The notes below the pieces were generated by a model. It was given only the letters and a program-made list of their open reading frames with translations. It was not told the origin of the DNA and did no database searches. From contig LVLI01000249.1 in assembly GCA_001687465.1 (NCBI GenBank), positions 62,001 to 126,000 of the forward strand: a DNA stretch of 64,000 nucleotides, written 5' to 3'. Below are positions 14,665-28,200 of this stretch, piece after piece. The translations under genes and the position numbers were made by a program. Every line of letters begins with the position of its first letter. Within the stretch, counting starts at the first letter, position 1. Source of the DNA: Halocafeteria seosinensis (Eukaryota).

Positions 14665-14832
14665 CACACACACATATGTGACAGATAGCCCACCGGCCGG
14701 GGAGTTGACCGCATCCTCTTAACCAGGAGCGGTATGCGCCCGTGTTAAGCAGCGACGGGCCCGCTGTTCCTGCAGCCTTGCTGACATTCGCATTCGCCGT
14801 GAGGGAGCACAACACTGGTTTTGCTCAGGAGG
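14665..14832 (-). mobile_element. SINE-like or truncated non-LTR retroelement, copy 1 (168 bp, (GT)n tail)
   Basis: Near-identical to 61013-61172 in reverse complement. Flanked by the exact 9-bp direct repeat CCTTCCACG (14656-14664 and 14833-14841). Confidence 0.8.
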
Positions 14833-16610
14833 CCTTCCACGTGGACACGCCCAGGCCTGAATGCAGCATTGTTCACCCGCAGTTGAGTTCCGCCTGTGTG
14901 CGGGCAGTAGAAATTGTAGTCATGACGCTACACTTACAACCGGTTTGATCCAAAGAGAAGACCAACAACTGGGATGGCGATTGAATCAACAGTGAGTCAC
15001 TCCAAATGTGGTGCACATTTTGAAATGCACACACGCACACGCAAACATGAACCCAGTTAGCTGCTTGTAAATGCGTAGTTCCAAAGGTTCAGTACGCGTT
15101 ACCTGGACAGTTCGTCCACGTTGTTGCGGCCACGCTGCGTTGCTCGATAGCTGGGCATCTTTCCATTCATCCATTGTTCCCAGTGGAACTTCCCACCACA
15201 GCAACGGCACTCTAAGTGGCAGGCAACGCAACTACCGAGTGTAGCACCATTCCGCCTGATCGCTAAGAAGCCTCCAACCGTACCTCGGAGCCTCGGAATG
15301 ATTACCCAGTTCCGGTTGAACTTACCGAGTGCTGTGCTGCAGTGCACTGGCTGGTTTACGCGGTGGTTCGAGTGTTCGACTTCTTAATGGAAGCTATGGT
15401 TGCAGATTTGTTACGACCACACACTCTGCTACGGACTAAAATCGCGTTCGCGTAATAAATTACATTGGCTCAACTGTTTGCTTTGCTTGCCTAGAAAAAG
15501 TATACACTGTACACAGTAGGAGTTCGATCCCCCGGAAGGTTTCCTCACGACCAGCAAGGATATCCGGTTCTCGAAACAAGGAGCTAATAGGACGGTATCC
15601 ACCTAAAGCGAAATGCTTGGAAGAACGATTCAGCCTTCTACTAAACGCGTATGGGTCTCTAAAGACGCTGGAGTAAGTGATTATGCCTTTTTAGAAATCA
15701 GTGTCGCGTCCTAGCGCGTAGAACATAGGTTCTTCAATACCGGAAGTTGAAGGCAACCTGCTTACAAAACACTGAATTCGAAGTATAGAGATCTTCGAAA
15801 GAGTCAATAGGTGTGGAATTATCATCCGACCGTAAATCAAAGGAACGCCTATGTCCTTTGCTAGGAAGCAACCTGAAGGTTCCAACCGATTCAAATCGCC
15901 GTGTGCCTGTGCTTGCAGGTTTGGCCTCTCTTAGGGGTAGTCACACTAGGTTGTGTGTGGGCCTCCTATGTTTCTGCCAAGTATTTGACGTCATGCCCTG
16001 ATGTGCAGTAAGTTCTGCCAAGTTCATGAATCAATTTTGCGTTTAATTGAAACTGACAAGTGTTCCGCAGTTGCTCCCGCGACATACGAAGCAAGGAAAT
16101 CATCAGGCACGAACGAGGAGAACAAGATAAATGGTACGTTTTCGAGAGTTGGTCCTAAGCGTATAGCTCTAGTTATGTAGCATGTCTTCTCCCTCCAGGG
16201 TGAACCGCTGGCATTCTTGGTATCCGAAGAACATGAGTAACGTGCGAAACATATCGCTGCTCTCATTCAAATGGAAGAATGAGGATAGAGACGTGGCCTC
16301 TCAAAACAATCGCTAATTGCTAGTCATGTAGGCTATGCTTGGCTTAAGTGCTTGAAGTTCTGCCGAAAAGTGAATCCTGAATAGACACTATGTTTCGTAG
16401 AAGTGATCTATTGTCATTTGTGCGGTTCCTACACGTGGTGTTGCGTGTTGTGGCTCACTGTGCTCCTTCTTGCTAGCTGTGTAGAGATCAAACTGTCAAT
16501 ATCTACCGATACTGCTGCTAGGGAACAGATGAGACCACTCGTCGGACCCCTGTTAAGTTACGCTGCATCAGCTCGTCTATTTTCGTAACAAATATTAACA
16601 CCCTTCAGTT

Positions 16611-17401
16611 TCAGCGGTTACTGAGCTCTCTGCCCGCGAAGGAAGTGGACCAGGACACATATGCAAGAAGCAAGATAATTGCACATACTCCCAATACGAA
16701 GGTCAACCCAGGTGACGTTATTTCCGGTTCGGCTAGCACGTTTCCGTTTCGCTGCAAGGTGCTGAAGTCTAAGGACAGCATGAGGTCCCAATGTACTCTT
16801 CTGGCGTGGACTTACAGTTTTTCCAGTGGTGGAGTTGTTCCCAGTGTTTCCGTAAGCTCCTGCTCCTGATCTGCTCGGGCTTTTCTGAAGAGGGATTGAT
16901 GGTATCGTTAAACTATCTCAGGAACCGATGAAGACAGAGTTCGTGTCTTACCTTTTTCCTAGATGACAAGAGCGTTCTATTCGAGCTACGAGATACGCTT
17001 CTACTTCTCGAAGGCGATTCTGTCCGGTGACTTCGTGTATTCACCCTTTGCTTGCTGGAGGACGTCTTTGTACGAGCTTGAGGTGTCTTTCTCGGACTCG
17101 ATGAAATATCATCCGCAATGGCTTGCTCCATTGTTTTGCTTGGTTTTCTGACCCGGCTTGACGATCTTACGTGCCTGGACGATTCCTTTCCCTTGCGAGC
17201 TCGACTTGCAGAAGTCTTTCTTCCCCCCGTTTGTGTCCCTTTGGTATCCTCATCACTGCTATGGTGGACAGTATTCGTTAAACTATCAGCCAGATGATTC
17301 GCCCGTTCCTGTTGCTTCCGTCGCTCCTCCTGCACGACATCCACTACTACTCCGCTGGGAGTAGAACTCCCCTTTAGCGTCTTCTTACTCTTGGTAGGCA
17401 T
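16611..17401 (-). CDS. Hypothetical basic Ser/Arg-rich protein with a C-terminal transmembrane helix (3 exons)
   Basis: ATG at 17401 (MPTKSKK). Two phase-0 GT-AG introns join ...SSRKK / KSPSRSGAG...GKT / RNGNVLAEPEITSPGLTFVLGVCAIILLLAYVSW...NR*. Confidence 0.6.
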
Positions 17402-17568
17402 CTTAATGGTATGCAAAGGGCTACAAATTGCCTACAATGACAGAAAATGCACAATGACTTCCAGGTCGCACTTGACAATTCAAATGGATTCCAGAGGTTT
17501 GATAGCCGATTATGACCAAACTAATCAAAATATCCCCATATCCATTTTCATGAATCATAGATAATAAA

Positions 17569-19764
17569 ATGGGGATTCAGGGACTATTAGGGGCGCTGAA
17601 AAGCTCTATGCAAGATGTCCATATTCGTAGTCTAAGTGGCTTAACGGTCGGAGTCGATGTCCTCTGCTGGTGCGTTTCCCCTCAGTATGAGGCTTTTCAG
17701 GCCCCATTCACGCGTAGATGGATATTCAATGGTTGCAGGTTGCATAAAGGGATCTATACGTGTGCCACTGAAGTGGCGCTGTATGGCGTGGAGAGCGAGC
17801 AATGCAGGCAAAAGTTCTTGGAATTCTGCATGACACGGATAAAGTTATTACAAGGTTACAATATCACTCCCTACATGGTTTTTGACGGCGCTCATTTGCC
17901 TACCAAAGATGAGACAGAAGCATCACGTCGCGAGTATGTTTGGCCGTCTAGGTGGTGAATGCATGTGTAGAGGGACTTTTTGTGGGGTTTTATGGCCTGC
18001 AGGAAGCGTGATGCTGCATATAATTCAGGATTGGACTTTTATCGTGCTGGGAAAGAGTCTCTAGCGCACGCACAGTTTGTCAAGAGTGTGGATATTTCAC
18101 CGCATTTGTGTTACTTGCTCATTGAAGAGCTACAGAAATTAGGCATACAGTATCTTGTAGCTCCGTACGAAGCGGATGCTCAATTAGCACATCTGTGCCG
18201 CACGGGAGTGGTGGATGCTGTGATAACAGAAGACAGTGACCTGATTGCTTACTGCTGCCCTCGCATCTTGTTTAAGCTGGATAAAAACGGAGAGGCTCGC
18301 GAGTGGAGACGACGATGGCTAGGGAGTAGTGCTGACACGTTCAAGGCAGGGGCCACTTCGGTAAACAACAGTAGTCTATTACAGCGCGAAAGCAGTGTTC
18401 AGTTGGAGCGTCTTCACCAATACGACGATGAACTCCTAATTCTGATGTGCGTTTTAGCCGGATGTGACTACTGTCCCTCATTGCCCAATGTGGGTATCAA
18501 AAAGGCAAATATGCTCGTGAACACGTATAAGAAAAACTGGAGGCTGATGTTGAAGCAACTCCCTATACGCATGAAAATACCTGTGGATAAAACGTATGTG
18601 GAGCGGTTTGAGAAAGCTCTTTTAACGTTTCGGCACCAAAGAGTATTTGACCCTCGTAAGAGGAAGCTCGTGTGTCTCAACCCTTTACCAAAGAGTTTAT
18701 TCCCTCCAAGTATTGATCCTTCCACGTTACAGTCTGATTCCTTATCTTGGCACGGCTATGGTTGGCCTGACGATCCGAAGCATAATCTCGATTTCTTAGG
18801 CCGACTATTGTCGGAAGATGTGAGTTGTTCGATCGCAGATGGGCTCATAGACCCATTTACGTTGAAGCCGTTTAGTTCGTTTCGCTCCAAGACCACTGGC
18901 AGCAGCTCAACGGAGGGGGAAAGCGCTGTGAAATCATCAAGAATACAGAAACAGATAGAATCGGAATCCCGGCAGCAAACTTTACACAGTCTAAATTCTT
19001 TCAAACATAACAGGCAATCGACTGAGGATAATAGCTGGAGTGGGCGAAGCGCTAAGCGAAAAAGAGAAGGATTCTTCAAAGCGCACAAGGATACTGAGTC
19101 ATGTGCTACACCAGCGATAAAAGCAACCAAGGGTCGCCCAGAGCTAGCTCGTACAGTTACATTCTCCGAGCAGGGAAAAAAGAGTTCCTATTTTTTTGCT
19201 AATGGTGAACAAGAGTCCTCGAACGTAGAAGTGGATGAAAGGTATTCATATTCACCCTCGTTTTCGTCACATCATTCAACAAAGCAATCCAGTGGCAGTT
19301 ACCGAAGCACATGCAGCAATCCAAGGCAAATGATTCGCAGCGAAAACGTGACTCCCGATTTCACGCCGTTCTATAAGCGCTTATCATCGAACTTGAATGC
19401 GTCTCGAGTCCGAATAGATTTTGATAGTATGGTTGAAGAGTACCAGCGGTCGGAGAAGCCCGAAACTACGAGCTCAACAGATGCGTCATCTTCCGATGAA
19501 AACTATCAGCCTCCCCGAGCTGCTCCAAGAATGCTTGCGTCCACACAGCAAGCGGGCACATTAGGATCTTCCAATAACAACCCTGGACGTGGGGGTATCA
19601 AGGAGACGTTATTCCAATCGTTTTCATACAAGGGAAACACAGCAGGAACGAAGGATAAGGCTAAGTTATCCCCGATTGACAACACGAATCCGCAGACCGC
19701 ACAAGTTTCTTCTGAAAATCGGGGTTTCGAGGCCGTCAAGCCATCCTTCACCCCCCTGTTCTGA
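17569..19764 (+). CDS. EXO1: Exonuclease 1 (XPG/Rad2 family), 3 exons
   Basis: MGIQGLL start, followed by VGVD..CWLHKG, MVFDG, VAPYEADAQLA, ITEDSDL, GCDYCPSLPNVGIKKA and FRHQRVFDP. Confidence 0.93.
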
Positions 19765-19770
19765 AACCGG

Positions 19771-20509
19771 TTATTGTCCTTGCGCTATGCCCTTGGCCTG
19801 AAAACGTTCAGTAAACCCGGGTAAAACAACCAGTCTAATGTACACTCTATACAATATCAAAGCAACAGCTTACCGCTTTTGTGGCGTTTGATACTTCGTT
19901 TAGTAGCTGGTCGAATTCATGCGGTCCACAAACAAACTCTTTGCCCAGTATCCCCTGTTGCGGATCCAAGTACAAAAGATTGACGAGGACGGATGTTTGG
20001 TTGACGCGGCCTTTTGCTGGCGAATGCACCGAATATTGAACCCTGTATCGCATATCCACGAGCTTGGGAAGATTTAACACTTCCGTCTGTAGAGCTCCTC
20101 GTGCTCGAATCTCCTCTCTGTGTTTCTTATACATCTCCACGGCTTCCATCATGGGTGAATCCTTGCACTCGGCATCCTCTAGTTTCTGTTGAAAAATGCT
20201 CTCGGGAGAAGCATCACGTGTGCACTCTAAAATGAGCTTGAGAAGAAGTGCTAGAGCTCCATTGGCATCAGGCCATAAATCATTGGAGACGGCCGTCTCC
20301 AAGGATGCGCCATTGCTTCCCGTATTTCTTGCAACGTCAAAGGCCGACTGGATGATGGCCTCCCACACTCCATTGGGCTCCACTGAAGAAGGTAATCGAC
20401 CACTGAAGCGCTCTGGGGGCTGCATATACGCTGTTTGTGCTGTTAAAGTCCCTGTAGAGCCCTCTACCAAGCTGCCGCTACCAGCTTTCTGATGCGAGGA
20501 GGAGGACAT
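19771..20509 (-). CDS. COMM domain-containing protein (COMMD3-like)
   Basis: COMM motif LPKLVDMRYRVQYSVHS...FVCGPHEFDQLLNEV. An intron after TKA leads to a last exon AKGIAQGQ*. Confidence 0.72.
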
Positions 20510-23500
20510 GTTTGCGTGCTCTGGGGTATAGTTTGATAAATAATAAGTGCTACACTCATTATTACGCATATAAATACAATACACCCGTGAATAGAGGATG
20601 CAGTATAACAACGTGGTATGAGAGACGACACCGGGACGACCACGGGGAATGAGCTTGCAGTCTCCTAGTTGTACTTATAGGAATTACTCAAAGATGTCAC
20701 TTCGCGAATTGCAGTGAGGACTGTATAAGTCCAGTATGAAATACCAGGATTTCACATATGCGTCGATAGCCGCTATTAACTTCCTGAAAGTGCGCTGGTG
20801 CTGCCACGGCTTTCTTCCTCCCGAGTGGTTCACGAGCAGTTTATGAGACCCCTGGTGCTCTGCACTTTGCCATACAATCCGAATTGAATGTTAAGTAATG
20901 ACTGCAATTGCCGAAGGCGCTTTGGTAGGAAAATGCCGTGGTATGTTTTTGCGAAACCGTAACTTCAGAAAACTAAAAAGTTTCACTCTAAGTTAGCATC
21001 CATGCTGGATTCATGCGTATCCTGCAGCAGACAACTCTTCCGGTTGAAGCAATACCAATACACACATGGGTCTGAATCAGTTCACGATAAGCATATACAA
21101 ATATGTAAGTTAGGGACTGAGACTCAGCACAGCTGTTGGCTGTTGAACACAGCCTCTCTGGAAATGTCGGTGAAACAGAGGGATGACTACTGTAGACGAA
21201 CCAGGAATGCAGCAGTTCCACCCTTCGCGAGTTGACAGTGAAGCGCTTGAGCTCGACAGTATCGACACTGACAAAGGGCTGGCTTGCTGCGACCATGTGA
21301 GGGAAATTTAGTGGGAGTAGCGACGGTTCGCTTCAGAGACCTGCAATTTGCAGCAAGAGCGTTTTCGCCCAACTGCAGCTGGTTGTCTCGTCTCGCAGAT
21401 CCGAACGAACTGGACACCAGAACTTGAAGAACTCTTTGTACGTGGGAGCTTTGTCACTGATGCATCCAATGGCATCCATTTACTTTTGGGACTCTAATTT
21501 AGGTATATGGACCCCGCAGCTCTACCTTCAAGTTCTTGGAAAGAAGACTCGCCGGATACGTTTGCTGAGTGCTTGCCAGGATCTCCACCCACGTGCCAGT
21601 TCATTGTCTGACTCTGACGGTGGGATGGAGAGTACCGGCTGAAATGCTTTGGTATGCTTGATGATAGAGAATAGTTGCTACCCGGTAAGATACGTTTCTG
21701 ACATTTTCATTAATCAGATTGGGTCAGTGTCGACGTATGTTGTGAAAGATTGATTCGTGTATCATTGGTGTTGGGGAAGCAGGGCACCCATTCATCTGTG
21801 ACGTCCATTGAAGCTGAAAAGGACCAGTAGTTTCCAGTGTCACTTCCAATTGACATATCCTGTGTATTGTATACTACTCCTAGATTACAGCTGTGCTGAA
21901 AGCTACAACATACAACACTAAGCCGCGCATTGACCTAGCACTAGTTCCCACTGACGTTACACATACCCTCTGCAAATGGCAAACAGACTTAAGCAATCTC
22001 ATGCGATGCGATTCTTGCACTACCCATAGCCATAGCCATACCTTCCATTGTAAGGGGATTCAGAATGTGCGGGTTCAGTCCACAGCCAGCTCGGTTTCCG
22101 CTAGGAGGCTTAGAGTCTTCGATATAGACACAAAAATGCAGTCCAGGATCCGTCCTATTTGCTAAACGAACCGAGTACCAGTCAGTGTCTACGTTGTGCG
22201 CCCCTCTGTGTCGCAGAATGCAATAGATATGAGACACCTCGGCAATCGCATGTAGGGCTACGTAAACGTACTGTCCATCCCATTCCGTACAGGCAGCAAG
22301 GGAATTTTGGTAGGCTTCACAGTGTTTGACAATTCCATTAGGGTTCCTCAAATCATACGAAAAGCAGGCGCCCGTCAAATTATATCGCCATTGAGTCCTG
22401 CAGAACACAGTGTTGGAGACTACCAAGGAATATGAAGACGAAAACAGTACCACACGTACTTGAGACTCTCGGGAAGGTCAGCGGTACACTGATGCAAGCA
22501 CAATATCCCGGTGAGTACTATTGCAGCGTACCGTTTTGCTGCGTTAAGGGCTGGCAGATGGAGACTCGCACTCATGACATCAGAAACCGCACGCACTACA
22601 CGTCCAATTCTTCTTAGCGCTACCCATGCGAGCAGTTGTCTTCACGCACCACGCACTGTTTAGACCCCTCGTATGAAAGCTTCTAATCCTCTTTACCCAA
22701 CCAAGGTATTGAGGTCTGTCCTTTGCAGGGTGTACCGCCAGCCCGTACCGGCTATTTCCGGGCGGACGTACCGCGGATAATTTGGGGACAGTATTATTAC
22801 TTATACAGCCTTTACTATGAATAATTAGTGCATTGACACAAATCTATATCAGTTAGAACATTGATTTACGCCCATAATTGGGCCTGTATAAAGCATAATG
22901 CAGGAGAAGGGGGAGGGGCAGTGTGGAGGGGATGCCCCAAGGACCGGTTTGGCAGCAGCTTCATTTGGATAGAGAAAGATATGGTTACCGAGAAAATATC
23001 ATAGGGAAATTAGGAGTGTATATTCTTTCAGTTGTTTCCCTTACCGTTGATATAGGAGCCGTATCTGCTGGCAGATCGGCGCCGACAAGAAGGATATCTT
23101 GCTTGCAATGCAAGTTGTTGCGTTGCTTTGATGATAGCAGGAGCTGACAACAAACCTATGGGAAAAGTCTAAAAAACAAGGAAGGAAAAGCGTCTCTTGT
23201 CCTACGTTACGTAGGCGACGTATTACCTGGAAAACAAGGGGCGGGAAGCGCAGCCTAAATCAAGATCTATCCACAGAAGCTCAAGAATCGGAGCATGGAA
23301 GGATAATGAAGCAGAAACTGCCTTGGCAGACGACGATGACGAAGATGAGACATCGGAAAACAATGAGACAGGAGAAGTGTGTGGGCGGGACTACGTTTGC
23401 AGAAGGCGGAAGAGAAGGAGATGCAAGCAATCACACTGACAAACTCGACATTCAAGCGAACAAAATTGTACAACATCTTGAAGGAACAGCGCCTCGCAAG

Positions 23501-25245
23501 CTATGCGGCAACTAGTCAAGACTTCTGGCCACCTGGAGGCGGATAGTTTACGCCAAAGGACCTCCACTTCCTAAGGGCCTGATCCGCAAGAGCTATTAAA
23601 GTTACAAGAGACACATGGTCTCACAAACCGATAGTTCATTGGCCGCAGGCTCCAGTGGAACATCTCGCTCAGAGCAACTCCAAACACTAGCTTGCTGTAT
23701 CCAGCAACTGTTCTCTGGGACCAGGCAACGAGCCAAGGATATCGAACTATAGATACCCTGGAACGACGACACCTGCCACTGGTGCAACCTTGACAGAAGG
23801 TGTTGATGTTTCATCCTCAGAACTTTTTCATAGAGGTTCAATTGCTTGTGTCTGACCGGATCAAGTGCAGCATCCTTTCTGGCTAGGCTGTTACAGACCG
23901 TTTTCTTATCGATGAAGAAGGGCCAGCTATGCACAATGCTGTGGCTAGAATCAGCTTTCAGCAGATGAAGTCACATATTGGGAGAGTTCTTTAGCTCCTC
24001 ATATTTCTGTGCAGTCGTTGGTATGCCAAGCTGAGAAGAAGTCGCCGGTTGTCAGAAAGAGTACAAAACCTTCGAGATGAATCAAGGGCGACCAACCAAC
24101 AAGGCTATCTGCGCGAACAGTTCCGTGAGTTTGACTCGCCTTCGCGACGGACGCGTCATCGAGGTGAAGGGAAGCGTCGTGTAACGACACTGCAACCTCT
24201 GGTGTGGGGAACCTAGGAATTTGCGCTACTACAAATAGCCGTGCAAATATCATTTTGGTTACAACGTATGTATTTATAGCACTTAATCCCCATGAATCCT
24301 TCCGAAGGGGGATCAATATCCCCGGGCCAGCCGCCAAAGCCCCCTTATCTCCGAGACGTCTGGGGCCTGCACATCATCAAAATGCTCCAGGGTGCTGCCC
24401 CTATACAGTCAGTGGTTTGTATCGTTGAGGTCACTTGCTCGTCAGTCTAACAATAATTCTATCCAACCCGACAACTGCATCGTAACTATCTTACGCAATT
24501 ATTACAGGTACTTCTTACGTGCCAAATCCGACAAGAGCGAAGGAAAAAAGGACATCATCGCTTCTTAGTTATATTCGATGAGAAACCAGAATATAGAATA
24601 CACATGTACAACAAATCTTTTGATCGTTCCCTTCTTGTTACTGTATCAACTCTGCACCCGTGCTGCGTCTGTAGTACTCTGTACCAGTAAATGTACAGTA
24701 CTACTTTGTAGGCTACAACTTGTAGCTCATCTCTTAGGTAACTGGGTCAGGCTGAATCAAACGTCCGACAAATCACACAAGATTCATTCAGCGATGTGGT
24801 CACTGACGAGATACAGTTAAAGAAAGCATGGAAGCAGATGTGAATATAACGCAACGTAACACTATATCCAGACGTAGATGAATCATCATGAATGTCATGT
24901 TGAACGCCTACGTCGAAGTGCCAAGAGAGCCGGTCCAGCTCATGTTCGACGACGAATCGACGCGGACAAGTTCACAGTCCTCCTGTACAAGGATTGAAGA
25001 CTGGAACGCTGCCGAAGAAAGCCAAAAAGGAAAAACGAATCATATACTGTGTTTACTCGCGCGGCTGGAGCCCTCGACGAGGTAGCTGTACTGCACACAC
25101 TGTGCACTGCCTGTACATGGACTTGTAGAAACGGTGGAAATAGCCTAACGGTTGAATCCACGAATCAGCAAGCTCTGCAATCATATTTAGACCGAAGTGT
25201 GCATGGATATACTCTGGGCAAAGCCAAAAAGACATCAAGAACAGA

Positions 25246-28200
25246 ATGATTATACTGACCGGGTCGCCAGATTCGATGGTGATGTGCTCTTCTAATGCAG
25301 TTCCAAACTCGGGCAAATTACCCACTGCCTATTCGCATGCTCTGAAGATCTTGGTACCACTACTACTGGCCCTTATGATTTCAACCACTACGGCGATGGA
25401 ACCTGATGTGAATCCTCTGGATTCAGTAGGCTATTTGCGAGGATTGACTGGAGGTGGATCGGGGTCCTTCTCTATGTTCTTGAGGTCGCGAGTGCATTCG
25501 ACTTGGGGAAAAATAGTCATTTCTCTCCTGGGTATTGTGATTCCGTCTGCTACATATAAACTAGGGAATGCCTTGTACCGCAGCATTAAACTTCGTCATA
25601 TCCGGAGTGAGCATCCGTTTCATGCGAAGCTCATTGACCGTGTAGGGTTGTCCGCCGAAACATACTCAGACATGGTGGATGTGAATGCACGTCCTCAACC
25701 GCCTGACGACGCTGGCCGGCCCTCGGCCCAACCGCTTCTACCACAGGCAACACCTAGCCAGGTCTTCTATGACTTTGTTAATCGGCTACTACAGCGTTTG
25801 AAATGGAGGGGGAACCGACCATTAGATGTAGCGGTACAGGAGAAATCGTTCGACAAACGGTCGCACCGACTACTTGTAAATACTCTCGCAAAAGCATTAC
25901 AACATAATCCTCGCTGGCAGCAACAGAAACTGTTGTACTGGGTATGCGGCAGGTTGCTGCCAAGTAGGCTAATGAATGAGGAACAATTCGAGCAGAATAT
26001 CTTTTACGACTGGATGGAGTTGCTAAAGAAGGAAGATGAAAGTATTTGGACTAGTTTAGAAAGAAAACCGGTCTCCAAATATCTCTCATCGCGAGGAGAC
26101 GCTAGAAGTCCGTATTCAATGAGAACAGGTGCTCGGTTTACCATGCCTTACGAATTCAATGGGCCTTCACCCAATAAGGCCTTTGTAAAGCGTGAAGAGC
26201 TCCTTCAACAAATGAGAGTTTGGGCCCTAGAAGGTATCAATCAGGATGGACGATGCCTGTTAATTCTAGAGGGGATGGGAGGAATCGGTAAAACTCAACT
26301 TGCGATATATTTCTTTCATAACCCTCCTATTGAATACGATATGAGAATCTGGCTTTTTGCGGCGACGACAGATTACTTGCAGAGCCAATATGTTGACGTA
26401 TACGTAGCGTATCGCAAGCAATACGAGCCCTCTTTGCAGTATCTTAGCGAAGCCGACCCGCTAGAGGAGCGGGCCAGCCACGTTCTCTCGTGGTTGAACC
26501 ATTCCGGTGTTGAACGACGCTTTCTGATTGTATATGATAATGTGACTTCCAAAGAGACCATCGAACCATGGTTGCCCAGCGAGGCCTCCAGGCATCATGT
26601 AATCGTAACCAGCCGTAATCGTTCAGACTGGGTCACTAGTAGCGCTTACACCGGTGAGAGCGACGAAATCGTTGATGTTAACGAAATGAGTCGGGATGAA
26701 TCTAGAGAGCTGATGAGCAGCTACTTGGGACCAGAATCCCATTCTGAAGGCTTTAGTTTGGAAGGTCTAGCGGCGTTATTCGGAGACTTACCCCTCGCTC
26801 TGACGCAGGCTGTATATTACATGAAGAAACAACGAGTAGATGCACTGTCGTACAAGGAACAGTACGAAAATGACCGTAAACGGTTGCTGGGTACTGGGAT
26901 CGGGTTCTCCTTATCGGCTGCTCACGAGCCGGTGCTCGTTACATACAACGTTATTCTCCGAGAACTATACGACACTTTTCCCCAAGCCTTGGAGCTTCTG
27001 AAGCACTTAGCATGGATGGCATCCCAGCAGGTTCCGGAAGAACTGGCGCGCTATCTTGTTGGAAGATTTCCCGGTATTTCCAGTGTTGAGGCAGCATTCC
27101 CGCACCTGCGAACCACGCTGGAAGAATACGGCTTGATCCGGGTTGATAATGTTACCCATCAAATCAGTTTGCATCCTGTGTTGCAGGTAGTAGTCTGCGT
27201 TCTTCAAACCGAATCTGATATGTCTCTTTCGGTGAGCCACTGGCTCACTTGTTGCGACGTCGTCAACCAGTTAGTCGATGAGTATGATAGCAAGGGCTCC
27301 TTAGAGTACCGCTATTTGCTGTCTCATGCCGAAGCGTTACACGAGCAATCGAATAATATATGTAACTTGTCATTGCAAGCTCGAGCACGTCGCAGACAAC
27401 AGTGGTGCTCCCTGTCTTCATACTCTTCCCTCAATTCTCGCTGGTGGTGCTTCAGCAGCAGTATGCCTCCTAGCCGAGAAGGAGAAGCACTTAAGATTGA
27501 GCCTTGGTGTTTGGGTCGCATTTATAAAGGAATTGGTCATTTTAAGAAGGAAAAGAGGTACTATGAGCATGTACTATCTGTCAAAAGGGTACTGTATGCT
27601 AACAAGCAGAGCCACCCGGGTATGGCAATGGCAATGAACCAGTTAGGCAACGCAATGCTCAGTACCGGTGAATATCAAGAAGCCAAACATTATTTTGAAC
27701 AAGCGCTCCGTATTAACAAGAAAATTTATAAAGAGAATCATCCTAAAGTGCTTGATACTCGAGAGAATTTAGCAGAGGCGATGCAGAGTTTGGGTGATGC
27801 ACAAAGAGCAAAAGAGTATTATCAGCATGTGCTATCTATCCGAAGAGAACAACAGGAACAATCTCAGCAGATGGGCCAAGGATCTCCAGAGTATGAACAC
27901 GCTAATTGGAATGCATCGTATGGCAGTAAAGAACTAGCTACTACATTGTTTGGTCTCGGCAATGCTTTAAAAGCACTTGGAGATGCAAAGAATGCCAAGG
28001 AATGCTATAAAGAAGCATTGTGTATGCGTAGAAACCTCTATGCTGACCCAAATCATCCCGCAATTGCAGCTGTTCTTTGGAGTTTAGGCAATGCATTGTC
28101 TAAATTAGGTGATGCAGAAGGGGCCAAGGAGCATTTGAAACAAGCATTGTCCATAGAGAAAGAGTATTATGGAGAGAATCATGTAGAAGTGGCTAAGACA

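Noticed and set aside
14621..14815. Recurrent small ORF (…GAYRSxLRGCGQLPGRWAICH…), also at 46.9, 48.9 and 61.1 kb
   Set aside because: These are translations of the dispersed repeat. There is no ATG-led conserved gene, and the resemblance to a retrotransposon ORF end is too weak to call.
15026..15065. CA-rich tract resembling another retroelement tail
   Set aside because: The adjacent sequence matches the family too weakly and no TSD was found.
15465..15540. tRNA-like A box (TGGCTCAAC) and B box (GAGTTCGATCC)
   Set aside because: I could not build an acceptor stem or cloverleaf. At most a decayed tRNA-derived remnant.
22726..22780. CAGGGTGTACCG with three GTACCG motifs, like a hAT transposon end
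   Set aside because: No matching inverted end or 8-bp TSD was found in the window.
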